DNA of 58,901 nt, filler included, from Sanchytrium tribonematis (Eukaryota): assembly GCA_018985235.1 (NCBI GenBank). It is 8 parts of 8 records of this genome, joined end to end, with 100 filler letters (N's around TTAATTAATTAA, not from the genome) between each part and the next. Parts side by side here need not be neighbours in the genome. Positions count along the whole stretch, not along the records: positions 7,397 to 14,688 come from JADGIG010000445.1; positions 14,789 to 22,079 come from JADGIG010000446.1; positions 22,180 to 29,468 come from JADGIG010000447.1; 5 more parts are not named here. One strand, written 5' to 3'. Below are positions 11,073 through 23,049 of the stretch, piece after piece; position 1 is the stretch's first letter; every line of letters begins with the position of its first letter. The position numbers and the translations under genes were made by a program. Under the pieces are notes generated by a model that did not search any database, had not been told where the DNA came from, and worked only from the letters and a program-made list of their open reading frames with translations.

Positions 11073-13236
11073 ATGTTGGTCAATCTCAAATCCATTATTA
11101 TGACGTACCTCGTCTTTATGACGCGTATATTTGGTGTATCTGCTGATTGTCCTGTTCTCATGAATTTCATTCGTGGGTTAAATCTTCATTTGACGGATCC
11201 AGATTTTTATAAGCTTATTCCAACAGATTGTTGCGGATATTTTCTGTATGATGCACCAGGAGGTATAGATATTGGCTGCTCTGGTACCTCTCCCAATGAG
11301 CGCGTCGTATCATTTATATTGGAACTTGTAAAAATCAATGGAACCATCAAAAGCCAGTATATTCCCACGACGCTATACTATTTACAAATTACCAACACTC
11401 TCTTGAACACAACGCTTCCTATTGACTTGCCTGACTCGATAGTGACACTAAATGTCTACAACAACAATTTGAGAGGATCAATCCCGGACACGCTCCCCAG
11501 TCAGTTAAAAACACTCAATGCTTATGGCAATCAATTTACAGGGATTTCTAAATCTCTTCCTAATTCATTGTCGACATTGAATGCTTATAATAATCGACTT
11601 ACGAGAATGCCAAATATTCCTTCAAGTCTCCAGGTGCTTCATCTAGCAAATAACCAAATATTTGATCAGTTGCCGAGCATGATACCCAGCTTGCTGACAA
11701 CGATTCATTTGGAGAATAATCTCATTTATGGGTCTATTCCGAATAACTTACCAAGTACATTATTGTACTGTTATTTAAATAGCAACGATCTTCAGGGCAA
11801 TATTCCAACTAACTTGCCATCTCAATTAAATCAATTTGAAGTTTCTGGTAATTTACTTACAGGAAGTATTCCTACATTCCCAAGTTTATTGAAGAGATTG
11901 AGACTGGATTCCAATTTATTGACGGGTACTTTGCCTACATGGCCATCTGGACTCATTTATTTGAATGCTAGTAGCAACATGTTGTCAGGAGATCTCAGTA
12001 GCTTTACTTTGACAAACAAAATGACGACAATTGATGTATCATGGAACTCATTCACAGGGAATATTCCAGTTTTTAGTTCTTCAATCTTTAATATATTGGA
12101 TCTGTCATACAATCAGCTAAATGGTGATATAGACTTGGGATATGTGACAATTTACGACTTGAGATTGAGTTTCAATAATTTTGAGAATTATCCAAAAACG
12201 CTTCCTCAAGCCGTTAGAAATTTGAAATTGGACAACAATTTATTGAGCGGGGACATAAATACAAATTTCACGACTTCCTCCTTGACAACCATCGACTTGT
12301 CAAATAATTATTTGACTGGAAATATTCCAAATTGGTTAAATGTTGCAAATCGCATTTATTTGAATATTTCTCACAATTTATTCACTGGCAGTATTCCAGC
12401 CACACTCCAGTCTGTCGCCACATTTGATGCATCATTCAATTTCTTGAGTGGCTGCATCAATTTCCAATTCACTGGATCCAATTTTTACTTCAATGATAAT
12501 TATTTGAGTGGCAATTTGTCATTTGCGACTCCTTTGGTGCTTTATCTACAAAATAATCGTATTATTGATGTCACTATCACCAATGCCACGCCACTAGGAA
12601 AGAATTGCAGTCTTGCAAACAATCCAATGTCTCCCGGAGTGTTTGGTAAAACATTTAAAAATCAATGCAACGTGACTGGCGTGTACGTGAAGAGTAACAG
12701 CACCTGTAGGATATTGGCATTGAGTGAATTGACGACTATTGCTTCCAGAACAAGCAGAAAAACATCTGCTTTTCTAACAACAACGGAAACCAAAGGAGCT
12801 CCTACAGCAGCGTCTCAAACTACTCAAGATTCAAAGTCTACAGCGGCTATGACTTCAGTCGTCAGTCAAATGCCACAAGGTACGACAACTTCCATTCCAG
12901 CTCCTACAATTGTTGTACGTATTTTGCATTTATTTAGGTCCAATTCGCTCAACATCAATTGTTGCAACGTCTATCAAAACATTGGATCATATGACTTATT
13001 ACCAAACCAAGTTAGTGAGTAATTTTATTGAAATTCACAATGACTCCATTGTAACTTCAGAAACTCAGTTAAACCCAACTGAATGGAAAGCGCAACAAGT
13101 TGAAATCCAGTTCTCTATCTTTAGGTTGATTAAAATGATCGTGGATGTCTTGTTGTTTTTAATCGTCATCAGAGGAACCCCTTCTCAAAAATTCTTTTTG
13201 AAGAGAGAGAGTCAAAAAGGGTCTTCTTTCAGATGA
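11073..13236 (+). CDS. LRR receptor-like membrane protein (signal peptide, Cys cap, LxxLxLxxNxLxGxIP repeats, Ser/Thr stalk, TM, short basic tail); 19-nt intron at 12919-12937
   Basis: ORFs 11016-13022 and 12910-13236 join in frame once GTATTTTGCATTTATTTAG is removed. Confidence 0.85.
12919..12937 (+). other. 19-nt GT-AG intron
   Basis: Restores the Ser/Thr-rich stalk (VVRPIRSTSIVATS) and adds the TM helix. Confidence 0.8.
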
Positions 13237-13358
13237 TCTAGTAAATAAATTATATCAGCAACATAGCCTACTATGTTTGAAATGTAATAAGAAGTTAATT
13301 TTTTGTTTCTAAAATTAGAATAAAATTGAAACTAGGCCATCAAAATAAATTTTTTAAA

Positions 13359-14688
13359 ATGTCTTTCAATTTGAGATCCATTTTAATGATCTATTTAGTC
13401 CTTATGACGCGTGTATTTGGTATATCAGCAGATTGCCCAGTCATTATGAACTTTTTAAAAGGTTTGAATCTTCATTTGACGGATGCAGCTTTTTATAAGC
13501 TCATTCCAGCAAATTGCTGCGGGTACTTTATCATTGACAATCCAGAAACTATAGACATTGAATGTATTGGCAATGCTCCAGATGAGCGCGTTTATTATTT
13601 GCAGTTGGAAAATGTTCATATTAATGGGACGATCAAAGGGCAATACATCCCATCTTCACTCACATTTTTGCAGATTACTAATACTGTATTAAATACAACA
13701 ATCCCTGGCGACCTTCCAAATACTCTTCAAACGCTTTATCTTTACAACAACAATTTGAGAGGACCGATTCCAGATACGCTCCCTAGCCAATTGAGAAATC
13801 TCATGGCTTATAACAACCAAATTGATGGAATGCCTGCAGCATTTCCGGCCACGTTGCTAACATTAAGCGTTTATAACAATTGGTGTACGAGAATGCCATA
13901 TATTCCACCAAGTCTCCAAGTGCTTCATGTCGCAAACAATCTGATTTACGATCAGCTTCCTGGCACGATTCCAAACTCATTGACTACAATGCATGTAGAG
14001 AATAATCTCATTTATGGATCTATTCCAAGTAGTTGGCCAAATACCATGGTAAATGTTTATTTAAGCAATAACAACTTGCAGGGTTCTATTCCAACGCCGA
14101 TGCCGTCAAAATTGGTAAATTTTGAGGCGTACAACAATTCTTTAAGCGGAGGTTTTCCGAGTCTTCCTAGTTTGTTGAAGCGCTTGAGATTGGATTCCAA
14201 TTTATTGACGGGTAGCTTGCCAAGTACGTATCCATCTGTACTTGCATTCGTCAATGCTAGTCACAACATGCTGTCAGGAGATCTTATCAGCTTGAGCACA
14301 ACCACAAAAATGACGACTGTAGATTTATCTTGGAATTCCATTACTGGAAATCTACCACGATTCAACACGCCCATTTCGTCTATAGTAGATCTATCTCATA
14401 ATCAATTATCAGGGGATATTGATTTGGGATACACAACAATCTACGACTTGAGATTGAGTTTCAATAATTTTGAGAATTATCCAAAAACGCTTCCTCAAGC
14501 CATTAAGATTCTTAGAATGGACAATAATCAGTTGAGTAGCAATATCACACTTGATTTTACTTCCTCCTTGACAACCATCGACTTGTCAAACAATTATTTG
14601 ACTGGAAATATTCCAAATTGGTTAAATGTTGCAAATCGCATTTATTTGAATATTTCTCACAATTTATTCACTGGCAGTATTCCAGCCA
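13359..14688 (+). CDS. Tandem paralog LRR receptor-like protein, truncated at contig end
   Basis: Colinear with the 11073 gene (SADCPV.MNF..GLNLHLTD...CCGYF); same LRR consensus. Confidence 0.88.
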
Positions 14689-14908
14689 NNNNNNNNNNNN
14701 NNNNNNNNNNNNNNNNNNNNNNNNNNNNNNNNTTAATTAATTAANNNNNNNNNNNNNNNNNNNNNNNNNNNNNNNNNNNNNNNNNNNNAAGAGGAATACA
14801 CAGCATGTTACAAGGGATAACTTGAACAATGGAGATATGATGAGATTGTTTGATAGGAGAAACTTGTAAATTGATTTATCATTTTATTGATTTGTTGATT
14901 TTTATTGC

Positions 14909-15856
14909 TTAATTTAATGATTCAGCTGGTTCAACTGGTTCAACTGGTTCGTCTGTATTTCTAAGCGCACTTTGTTCACGATGCATTTTGCGTAAATCAA
15001 TTGCAGTAAAATAAAGAACCCAAAAAAAGATGAGGGAAGAAAAAGAAAGAACCACTGCAGAAATAATTTCAAGAAATTTTTTTGTATTTGCATTTTGTTG
15101 GGCTCGAAGCAATTCATTCTTCTTTGATTGGAGCTCATTATACAATGCAAGGCATCCTCCGGAAGGCTCCGTTAATTTTGAATCAACTAAGCAACCATTT
15201 TCCTCACTGTTTAAAAAGTTTTGGCATGCCCCTGCATAATCACCATCTAAAGTTTCACAAACACCAGTGCTTGGATCGACACATGGATATTCAATAGTAG
15301 TGGAGTCAGAGGATGAATCGGAATATAAGTCACCTTGCCCAACTATTTGACAGTTATTTTTTGTGCAAGTTTCATCAAATAAGCATCCGTTTTGTTGCTT
15401 CACAAGAAGTTTATCTACCACGGATCTAGCTGCATTTATATGCACACCGTTGCCACTTGATGTAAATCCAAGCATAACTCCAGCTGCGATTGAAACAAGC
15501 GCGGTTACAGTCAAAATCCATTTTTTGGTTTTTTTTGTAATTCTGCTTGATTCTTGGGATCTTTTAATCACATGTAAAAAACTCTCCTCTTTACAAAACA
15601 ACCCAAAGTACTTTGCAAATGATTTCGTTTCATATAATGCCTGGATGAAATTTCGCCAAAGGTCTTTGGCCTTTTTTCGAAGTTCAGACGTAATAGAACA
15701 CTTAGAGGAGCTCAAACATCCAGTTTTAACAATAACACATTGTCCTAATCCATAAGCATTCTTCGTTGCAAATGATTCCATTTCTAAGAAGATTTCGTTC
15801 AGTGGAAACAATCTATTCAACATTCCATTCACAGATAGCATCAATACAATCAACAT
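14909..15856 (-). CDS. Secreted or membrane Cys-rich protein, unknown family (paralog A)
   Basis: Short signal peptide, KR site, two hydrophobic segments flanking a Cys-rich loop CVDPSTGVC...ACQNF. Confidence 0.75.
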   Translation of the reverse strand: MLIVLMLSVNGMLNRLFPLNEIFLEMESFATKNAYGLGQCVIVKTGCLSSSKCSITSELRKKAKDLWRNFIQALYETKSFAKYFGLFCKEESFLHVIKRSQESSRITKKTKKWILTVTALVSIAAGVMLGFTSSGNGVHINAARSVVDKLLVKQQNGCLFDETCTKNNCQIVGQGDLYSDSSSDSTTIEYPCVDPSTGVCETLDGDYAGACQNFLNSEENGCLVDSKLTEPSGGCLALYNELQSKKNELLRAQQNANTKKFLEIISAVVLSFSSLIFFWVLYFTAIDLRKMHREQSALRNTDEPVEPVEPAESLN

Positions 15857-15964
15857 TGTGATGTCGCAAGGGATGTTTAGACATCACCGTGATCACTCCA
15901 ACATCATTTCGCAACACCAATCACAATTTAAAGGGGGCGTATTCTGACAATCAAATTTATTAAA

Positions 15965-16831
15965 TCATTCTCTGATTAAAAATCGCAGTGCTGCCAAAGC
16001 TTTTATCACTAATATTCCAAATAATGCACCGCCAAATATTAAACCAGTAAATATCCATTCTAAATGATTTACATGCGATTTTAATGAATGTAATGTAGTT
16101 GTCTCTGTTGCAATTGCATTTTTTAATTTAATACAATCGGCTGATTCTATTGAACCCAATTGAATCACTTTGCAATGATTTAATGTCATGTAATTTTGAC
16201 ATGCATTGTAAATGACATCATCTCCATTCTCTGGTGGCACTGGCGATGTAGGACAAATACCCGTCAACGGATCCACACAATCTGATTCTCCAGCACAATC
16301 CTCCTTATTTATACATAACTCTCCAAATTGACAATCCAATAGTTTTTGATTTGAATTTGCAACTTGTACTTGAGCAGCATTTGCTAATTGAGTTGCTACT
16401 TTAGATTTTTTAAATTCTATTCCTGCACCGAATCCAAATAAAGTGGTTGCAATAATACAAAATACCAATCTAGCAGTTATGTGTATTTTTTGTTTCTTCT
16501 CATCTAATGATCTCTTCTTCACATGTCCATTTGACCATTCATTTGCATGATTCAAAAACCATTGAATGTCATCAGTAATTTGTGACATTGAATTGGTTTC
16601 ACGAATAGCAGCCATAAAATCATTAACTAATAATTTGAAATCATTAGATGTTTGATCATCCATTTGACATGGCATACATGGCGTATTTGCAATTGGGAGA
16701 CAATTCATTGCTGCAAAGATGCATTGAATGGTGATTGAATTGTGAGATTGCATGAAATCATATAAATGATGAATGGCTGATTCTACTGAATGTGGGAGCG
16801 CGCTGGCATACAGAATGGCAATACACAACAT
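15965..16831 (-). CDS. Secreted or membrane Cys-rich protein, unknown family (paralog B)
   Basis: Same architecture; CVDPLTGIC...ACQNY. Confidence 0.75.
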   Translation of the reverse strand: MLCIAILYASALPHSVESAIHHLYDFMQSHNSITIQCIFAAMNCLPIANTPCMPCQMDDQTSNDFKLLVNDFMAAIRETNSMSQITDDIQWFLNHANEWSNGHVKKRSLDEKKQKIHITARLVFCIIATTLFGFGAGIEFKKSKVATQLANAAQVQVANSNQKLLDCQFGELCINKEDCAGESDCVDPLTGICPTSPVPPENGDDVIYNACQNYMTLNHCKVIQLGSIESADCIKLKNAIATETTTLHSLKSHVNHLEWIFTGLIFGGALFGILVIKALAALRFLIRE

Positions 16832-17062
16832 GTGTTTGAATAGGGGATGTTTGTAAATCAGCGTGATTGAATGAGATAGCCAATCAAATATGCTAATCCA
16901 TTCCTTCTTCTAAAACCGTCTGATTAATGGCTCAAAATTGACAAATAAATGAGCGTATTTCTAGCCAAGTTGGGCCATAAAGTGGCTCTCTATCCAATCA
17001 TTGTTTAAATGGCCTCTATAAAGCCATTTGGGGGCTTGATGGCGTAGAAGAAGGCGTAGAAA

Positions 17063-17485
17063 ATGGTCGTTATCAATTTAAACGGAAGACTTGGGCTACC
17101 CCCAAAGAAAGCAATAAGAAAAACTAGAAATGGCCCCGTTGAAGTGATTGAGCTTCGATTTGTGGCAAATCCTTTTGTGAGTGGCAAGCGTTACACTAAC
17201 TATTATAATGCGACCGTCTGGCCAGGGAGGTTTGAAAACATAGTCAGTTGTTTGGATGTGGGAAGTGCTGTTGTTGTAACTGGGGTACTATATTGTAGTG
17301 AGTATACAGACAAAAATGGACAAGCTAAAGAAGCCAAAAACATTAATATTTTGAACATGGAATTTCCAGTCGTCGATAGTCAGGATATTCTTGAAAAACG
17401 AAAAGAAGCGAAAAAAGCCAAACTTGAACACATGGACGACAATTCAGCACTTCCAATCGAAGATGACAGTATTAATGAGAATTAA
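17063..17485 (+). CDS. ssb: Bacterial/phage-type single-stranded DNA-binding protein (SSB OB-fold) with acidic tail
   Basis: INLNGRLG..P...TRNG..V...VA....YYNATVWP...EN....LDVGSAVVVTGVL....YTDKNG follows the SSB consensus; C-terminal DDNSALPIEDDSINEN. Confidence 0.75.
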   Translation: MVVINLNGRLGLPPKKAIRKTRNGPVEVIELRFVANPFVSGKRYTNYYNATVWPGRFENIVSCLDVGSAVVVTGVLYCSEYTDKNGQAKEAKNINILNMEFPVVDSQDILEKRKEAKKAKLEHMDDNSALPIEDDSINEN

Positions 17486-17544
17486 GTATAACTTAAAGCA
17501 ATAAATATAAGAATTATTTTTAACCTGTTCCTCGTTTTGAAACA

Positions 17545-20500
17545 ATGCGTGATATTATTTTAGAAGAAATTGAAGATGAAATTCGATGTAATGCGGTATT
17601 TGGAGATTTGATGGAATGTACTATGTTAAATTTTATTGCATATAATAGGCGACATATATCTCGATTATCGGGATATATTGACGTAAGAAATTATGATCAT
17701 TTAACAATGAGACATAATTACTTTAATCGGTACACCTCTAGAATTTTCGCTCAGTTAAAAAACAATAATCTCAATTATCGCTTCTACCGTACAAATACGT
17801 TGTCTAATTCTGCTTTTTATCTGTATAACTCTCTATTTACCTTTGCTTCTCATTATCCTTCAGTTGACATTGAAAGACTGCGAATGGACGAGTTACACTT
17901 CGATATTCGATGTTGTAAATGTGAAAAATGTGGGGTTCTACAAAAACGAGGCAACGTAAAAATAAACTGGGATCCCACACAAATATCTTGGATCTGCAGA
18001 CAAACTTGTAATCCAATCAGATTAGATGAAATTCCGCCTGAAATTAGTATTCTTGATGATGTGGAGAAACAATCACTAAGATTAATCAAATTATTTGGAC
18101 AGTTTCATGGACCTAATTATAGAGATTATGCTAGATATTTGGGAACAGCAAGCCTAAGCACAAATTGGAATATTTGGAGAGATTTAAGCGGATTCATGGG
18201 AATTGGAAATTCATATAATAGATTTGTTTTTGTTAATAACAACCGAGTGGTAAATGCGCTACATTATTTGACAAGATATAATCCCCTCTATAATTTTGAG
18301 CTAAATGATGAACTTTTTAGAACCTTAAGCTTTATGAATGAAAATCCAACATTTTATGCCCGAGCAAATGGTGCTGTATTTACTACTTTAAGGCAAAATA
18401 ACCAGGATTTAGTTGGAACTGAAGATGCAGAACCAGCTGTATTGCCTATTGGAGAGGAAATAACTACAAATGTAAATCAACAAAATCAAACTCACATTAT
18501 CACCAACACACAAATACCTATTTCAATTTCTCCGACTTTACAAAGACAATTATCAAATGTATTTAGTATGACATTCCAGCAAAAAGAAGGCAGAATCTTC
18601 CCTTATTTATATCCCAAGGGACTATTCTTCAATGAAAACAACGAAGATCAAAGAGCAAAAAGAATAAGAGACTATTTGTTTCTTCAAGATGGACGATTTA
18701 GAAATTGTTACGACTGGATATTTTATCAGTACGACAAAACGGAAACATCCAAAATATTTTTTAATGATAATAGAGTTGTAAGAAACCAGCAAGTAAGTGC
18801 GAATGCAGGAAATGTTCTTACCAGATCTACATACACCAATCGTCTTGTCTTTCGAGATGAAGCCACAAGAAAATTACCTGTCACTATCAGGTCAAGTAAT
18901 ACCTATTTTAAAAAAATTAGGAGTGACTTGTTAGCCTACATAGCAACATTCGGACCCCCACATCTATTTTTAACACTAAATTGTGATGAGCTTACTTATT
19001 CAAATTTACATGCGTACGTCCACCAACACGGAACAATAAATCCCAATAATGCAGACAACTGGCACGTAGGAAATCCAGTACTTTGTAATCACTATTGCTA
19101 TGAGCGCCTCAACGCAATGATTCTTGATATTACCAAACATGGTTATTGTGGCTATTCAGTCATTCATTATTTTAAACGGTACGAATTCCAAATGAGAGGT
19201 ACTGTGCATGCACATGTGTTGCTTTGGTTGGAAAATCCCAATGATTCTAATAATGACCTTGATTTTAATTATTTACTAAATACAATAAGTGGTCAACTGC
19301 CAGACATAAGAGTTGACCCATATCTCTTTTATTTGGTAAATCGCTACCAAAGACACACTCATGGAGATTATTGCTGGCCACAAGATTCTAGATCCTGTCG
19401 ATTTGGTTTTCCTAAAAGAGAAATAGACTCTAATTTTTTTGATTTTGTACGAAACCAATATCATTTAAAAAGAACAGAAGACGATATTTTTATCAATGCT
19501 TATAATCCTGAGATTTTAAAAAAATGGCGTTCTAATATGGATATAAAACTTGTTACTTCTGAGTTGGTTGCAAGATATATCACCAAGTACTGTACCAAAG
19601 AAGAACCATTTAGTGTTATAAGAGACACACGTGATGAAGTTGAGCGGTACCTGGAAACAAGAAATTTTACTGTCCATGAAATAGCTCATTTATTGAGCGT
19701 CCAACCTGTGACCTCATTTGACACCAAAATTATCAGAATACCATGTTGCTCGACACTGATAAATCATCGACAACTTTTACCATTAAGACGTATTCGAGAA
19801 TTAAACTCCAATGACACTGATATTTACTACCATAATGCAATAGATCTTTATATTAATCGATTTGAAGAAGCTGAGCAACTAAATATAATCGAATATTTTA
19901 GCAGATACGAAAAGCTATCCTTCAACGCGCCATTTCAATATGTAGACCTCATAAATCAAAAATGGAAGGCATTAAACAAGCAGCGGGTAGTAAGGGTATA
20001 CCCTTTTTACCGTGAGGGAAACGGAGACCTGTATTACTATCAATTGATATTGTGTAACTCAATTTACAGGAATGCATCCACACTTATCGATGAAATAAGT
20101 GATCCGAGACAATATTGTTTAAATCACTTTCCAACACTAGTAACTTTAAATGATAGGATACAGCAAGTAAGTGGTGATATAGAGATTTCAGATGATATCC
20201 CTTTACCTCTTACAACTGAATTACGATTAATGTACAATTTAACATCATCCACCAATGACTTCTTGGAAATATCTCAATTATCACAAGCACAATATTCTGC
20301 CTACAATACAATTATTAACTCTAGTGATAGACTATTTATTCTACAAGGTGGACCGGGCACGGGAAAATCCACATTAATTAAAACCATATTTCATTTTGGA
20401 ACCCAACAGGGGCTTGAAATTGCATTAACTGCGACAACAGGACTGGCGTCATTTTTAATTGGGGGTTATACCATACATTCAAAATTGATGTTATTTAATA

Positions 20501-21518
20501 GAGAAGACGAATGGGTGACAAACATTTTTCGTAATAACAACATCGATACAATACTAGGAATTGACATAATTATTGTTGATGAATACTCGATGCTTAATTC
20601 TGAAATACTACATAAAATATTGGAAATTCAGAGATCTCCCAGACTTAATGAACCTAAAATTGTATTATGTGGGGATATTAATCAGCTTCCCCCGGTATCT
20701 GGTGAGCCTGTCACATCTTCACCATACTATCCACATTTTCATTTATTGAATCTAAACACCAATCACCGCGCGGAATCAAGTATATTGATAAATATCATAA
20801 ATGATTTTTACTCCAATGACGACTTTTTTAGGAATAATTTAATTTTAGATTTTATTAACAATAGAATAACGTTTACCCCAAAAATGCACAATGTGAATAC
20901 CATAATCAAAATCAGTTAGTTTTACTGAATCAAAATCAAATTTATGAATTCAAATTTGATAGGGGGAGTCAAAATTCAAACTCCTTCTTTTATGAAAATG
21001 CTCAAGATGAAGAATCAAGGGCACAAATGCAACGAATTAGAAAGAGCTTCAGATTTCCACCATCTCTTCGTGTAAAGGTGGGTGCAAGAATAATGTTATT
21101 GACCAATTATAATGTTATTACAGGTCTTGTAAATGGCTCTTTAGGAATTATTACTGGAATAACCATAGGAGACAGACCGCAAATAATTGCAGAATTTGTA
21201 ACAGGAAATGGGACACAAAATCTTACATTAACTCCAACATTTGAAGTCCATGATGGCATTATTTTAAAGCAATTTCCAATTACACTTGCATATGCTTTAT
21301 CTATTCACAAAGTCCAGGGAATGACGCTTTCTAAGCTTATTGTGGGTGGATTACAACAGTTTTGGCAGCCACAACTACTTTATGTTGCATTGTCAAGAGT
21401 AAAAACTGAAAACGATATAAAGTTTCTACCGAATTCATTTAATGGGGGTAGATATACGTATTCACAAATTGAAGATTTATTTACAAGACCTTTAACAGAA
21501 TTTCAAAGATTTACATAA
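17545..21518 (+). mobile_element. Helitron-like Rep/helicase (HUH-Y2 Rep plus Pif1 SF1B helicase), one frameshift near 20870
   Basis: Rep motifs HLFLTLNC, YEFQMRGTVHAHVLLW, YITKYCTK; helicase motifs GGPGTGKS, ATTG, IVDEYSM, GDINQLPPV, QFPITLAYALSIHKVQG, YVALSRV. The frame from 20871 (VYPKNAQCEYHN) runs open to 21518. Confidence 0.93.
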
Positions 21519-22599
21519 ATAAATCAATTCTTAATTCTGTAATGATTAAAATTGTTAATTTAATTTAAAAGTACTATTTCCAAAATAGATTTTTTAACAT
21601 TCAAGTACTTTGGCGTTATTCCAGATCTTTAGATGTACATTGGTAATCCCTAAATGTTCTCTAAACAGATGACCTGTTCGACTATACAGTTGCTAATTGC
21701 TATTTTTGCAATTCCGTAGTGTCTTGTTTTAAAATTTGCAATGCCTACTATTTTATTAAGCTTAAAAATCTGATTGGAATTATATCAACAGCTCGTTGAG
21801 GTTTGGATTTTATCGCCGCTTTGCAAACTGTAAACACTTGTGTCGTTTAAACTATAAACTACTTCCTTGCACTCAAAAATTTATTTAAAAACCCATGCAA
21901 TTATTCTAATCCAAATATTGTTTCACTGAGCAGTCTTCTAACATTTTATTGCAAGCATCTTGAATACTGGCAGATAAAATCGAACAGCTTCCTGTTTTTG
22001 GATCTACACACGAGTTATCCGTCTCACAATCTTGCTTTGGACATGTTTCAAAAAATAAACAATGCATTTTTTGCTTCTTNNNNNNNNNNNNNNNNNNNNN
22101 NNNNNNNNNNNNNNNNNNNNNNNTTAATTAATTAANNNNNNNNNNNNNNNNNNNNNNNNNNNNNNNNNNNNNNNNNNNNACATCCAGATGATCACTCATC
22201 TGATTATCTGTTACACCATTTTAAGCATCTTCCAAGACAGTATTTATTGGAGAAAGAATTGCCCAATTTGCTAATTATTAGGTAATAATTTGCCAATATG
22301 GCTAAGTAAATATACTTGCATCCAATAGAGGTATATAAAAACGTTGGCAGATGTGTTTTTTGCCTATTGGTAAATCTCTCAATTGCAATGTGTTCTGAAT
22401 CAAATGAGAAATGTATTTCAACGATATTTTCAAGATTCAAAGAGCTATTTATTGATTTAACATATGTTTGAGATTTGGTCGATTATCACAATAATTCCAT
22501 TTTTATCTTTATAGTAGATCTTCTTGGACAGTTCAAATAGTTTACTATTTTCCCTGATTTTTAGCATGTTACCACGGCATAAAATTGTAAAATTCCAAT

Positions 22600-22973
22600 T
22601 TGTAAAACACTGAAAATATTTATGAGCAATTTTTGCACTCCTGGTTTCATATGATTTTGGGGATGTTTGGTTTGTTCAAGATAATGTCCCAAATCACAAC
22701 TCCCAAATTTGCCTCGAAAAGATGGATTCTAGTGGTGTTGATTATTTAGATTGAGCTGCCAAGTCACCTGGCTTGAACGTCATTGAGTGGAGGGAATTGA
22801 AGCGTAGAATAAGAGCAAGAATTTGTAGACCAAATTTAATGGGGAATTTAGAGCAATATTTAGTTGAAACATGGAATAAAATTTCACAATCATGATTTCA
22901 AATGCTTATTGATGGGCATCGTAAACGAATTAGAGCCGTAGTTCAAAATCGTGGTTCTCAAACAAAATATTAA
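22600..22973 (+). mobile_element. Tc1/mariner transposase C-terminal remnant
   Basis: FVQDNVPNHNS ... PAKSPGLNVIE-WRELKRRI ... W ... RIRAVVQNRGSQTKY*. Confidence 0.8.
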
Positions 22974-23049
22974 TAAAGAGCTGTTAACAAAATTAATTTT
23001 ACTTGTGGTTTCTCAATTTTAGACTTGGCGTCTAAATTTGGAATGTAGA

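Noticed and set aside
20860..21027. Possible intron or programmed frameshift between the two RepHel ORFs
   Set aside because: No matching short GT-AG intron or clear slippery heptamer; comparison with copy 2 suggests a small deletion
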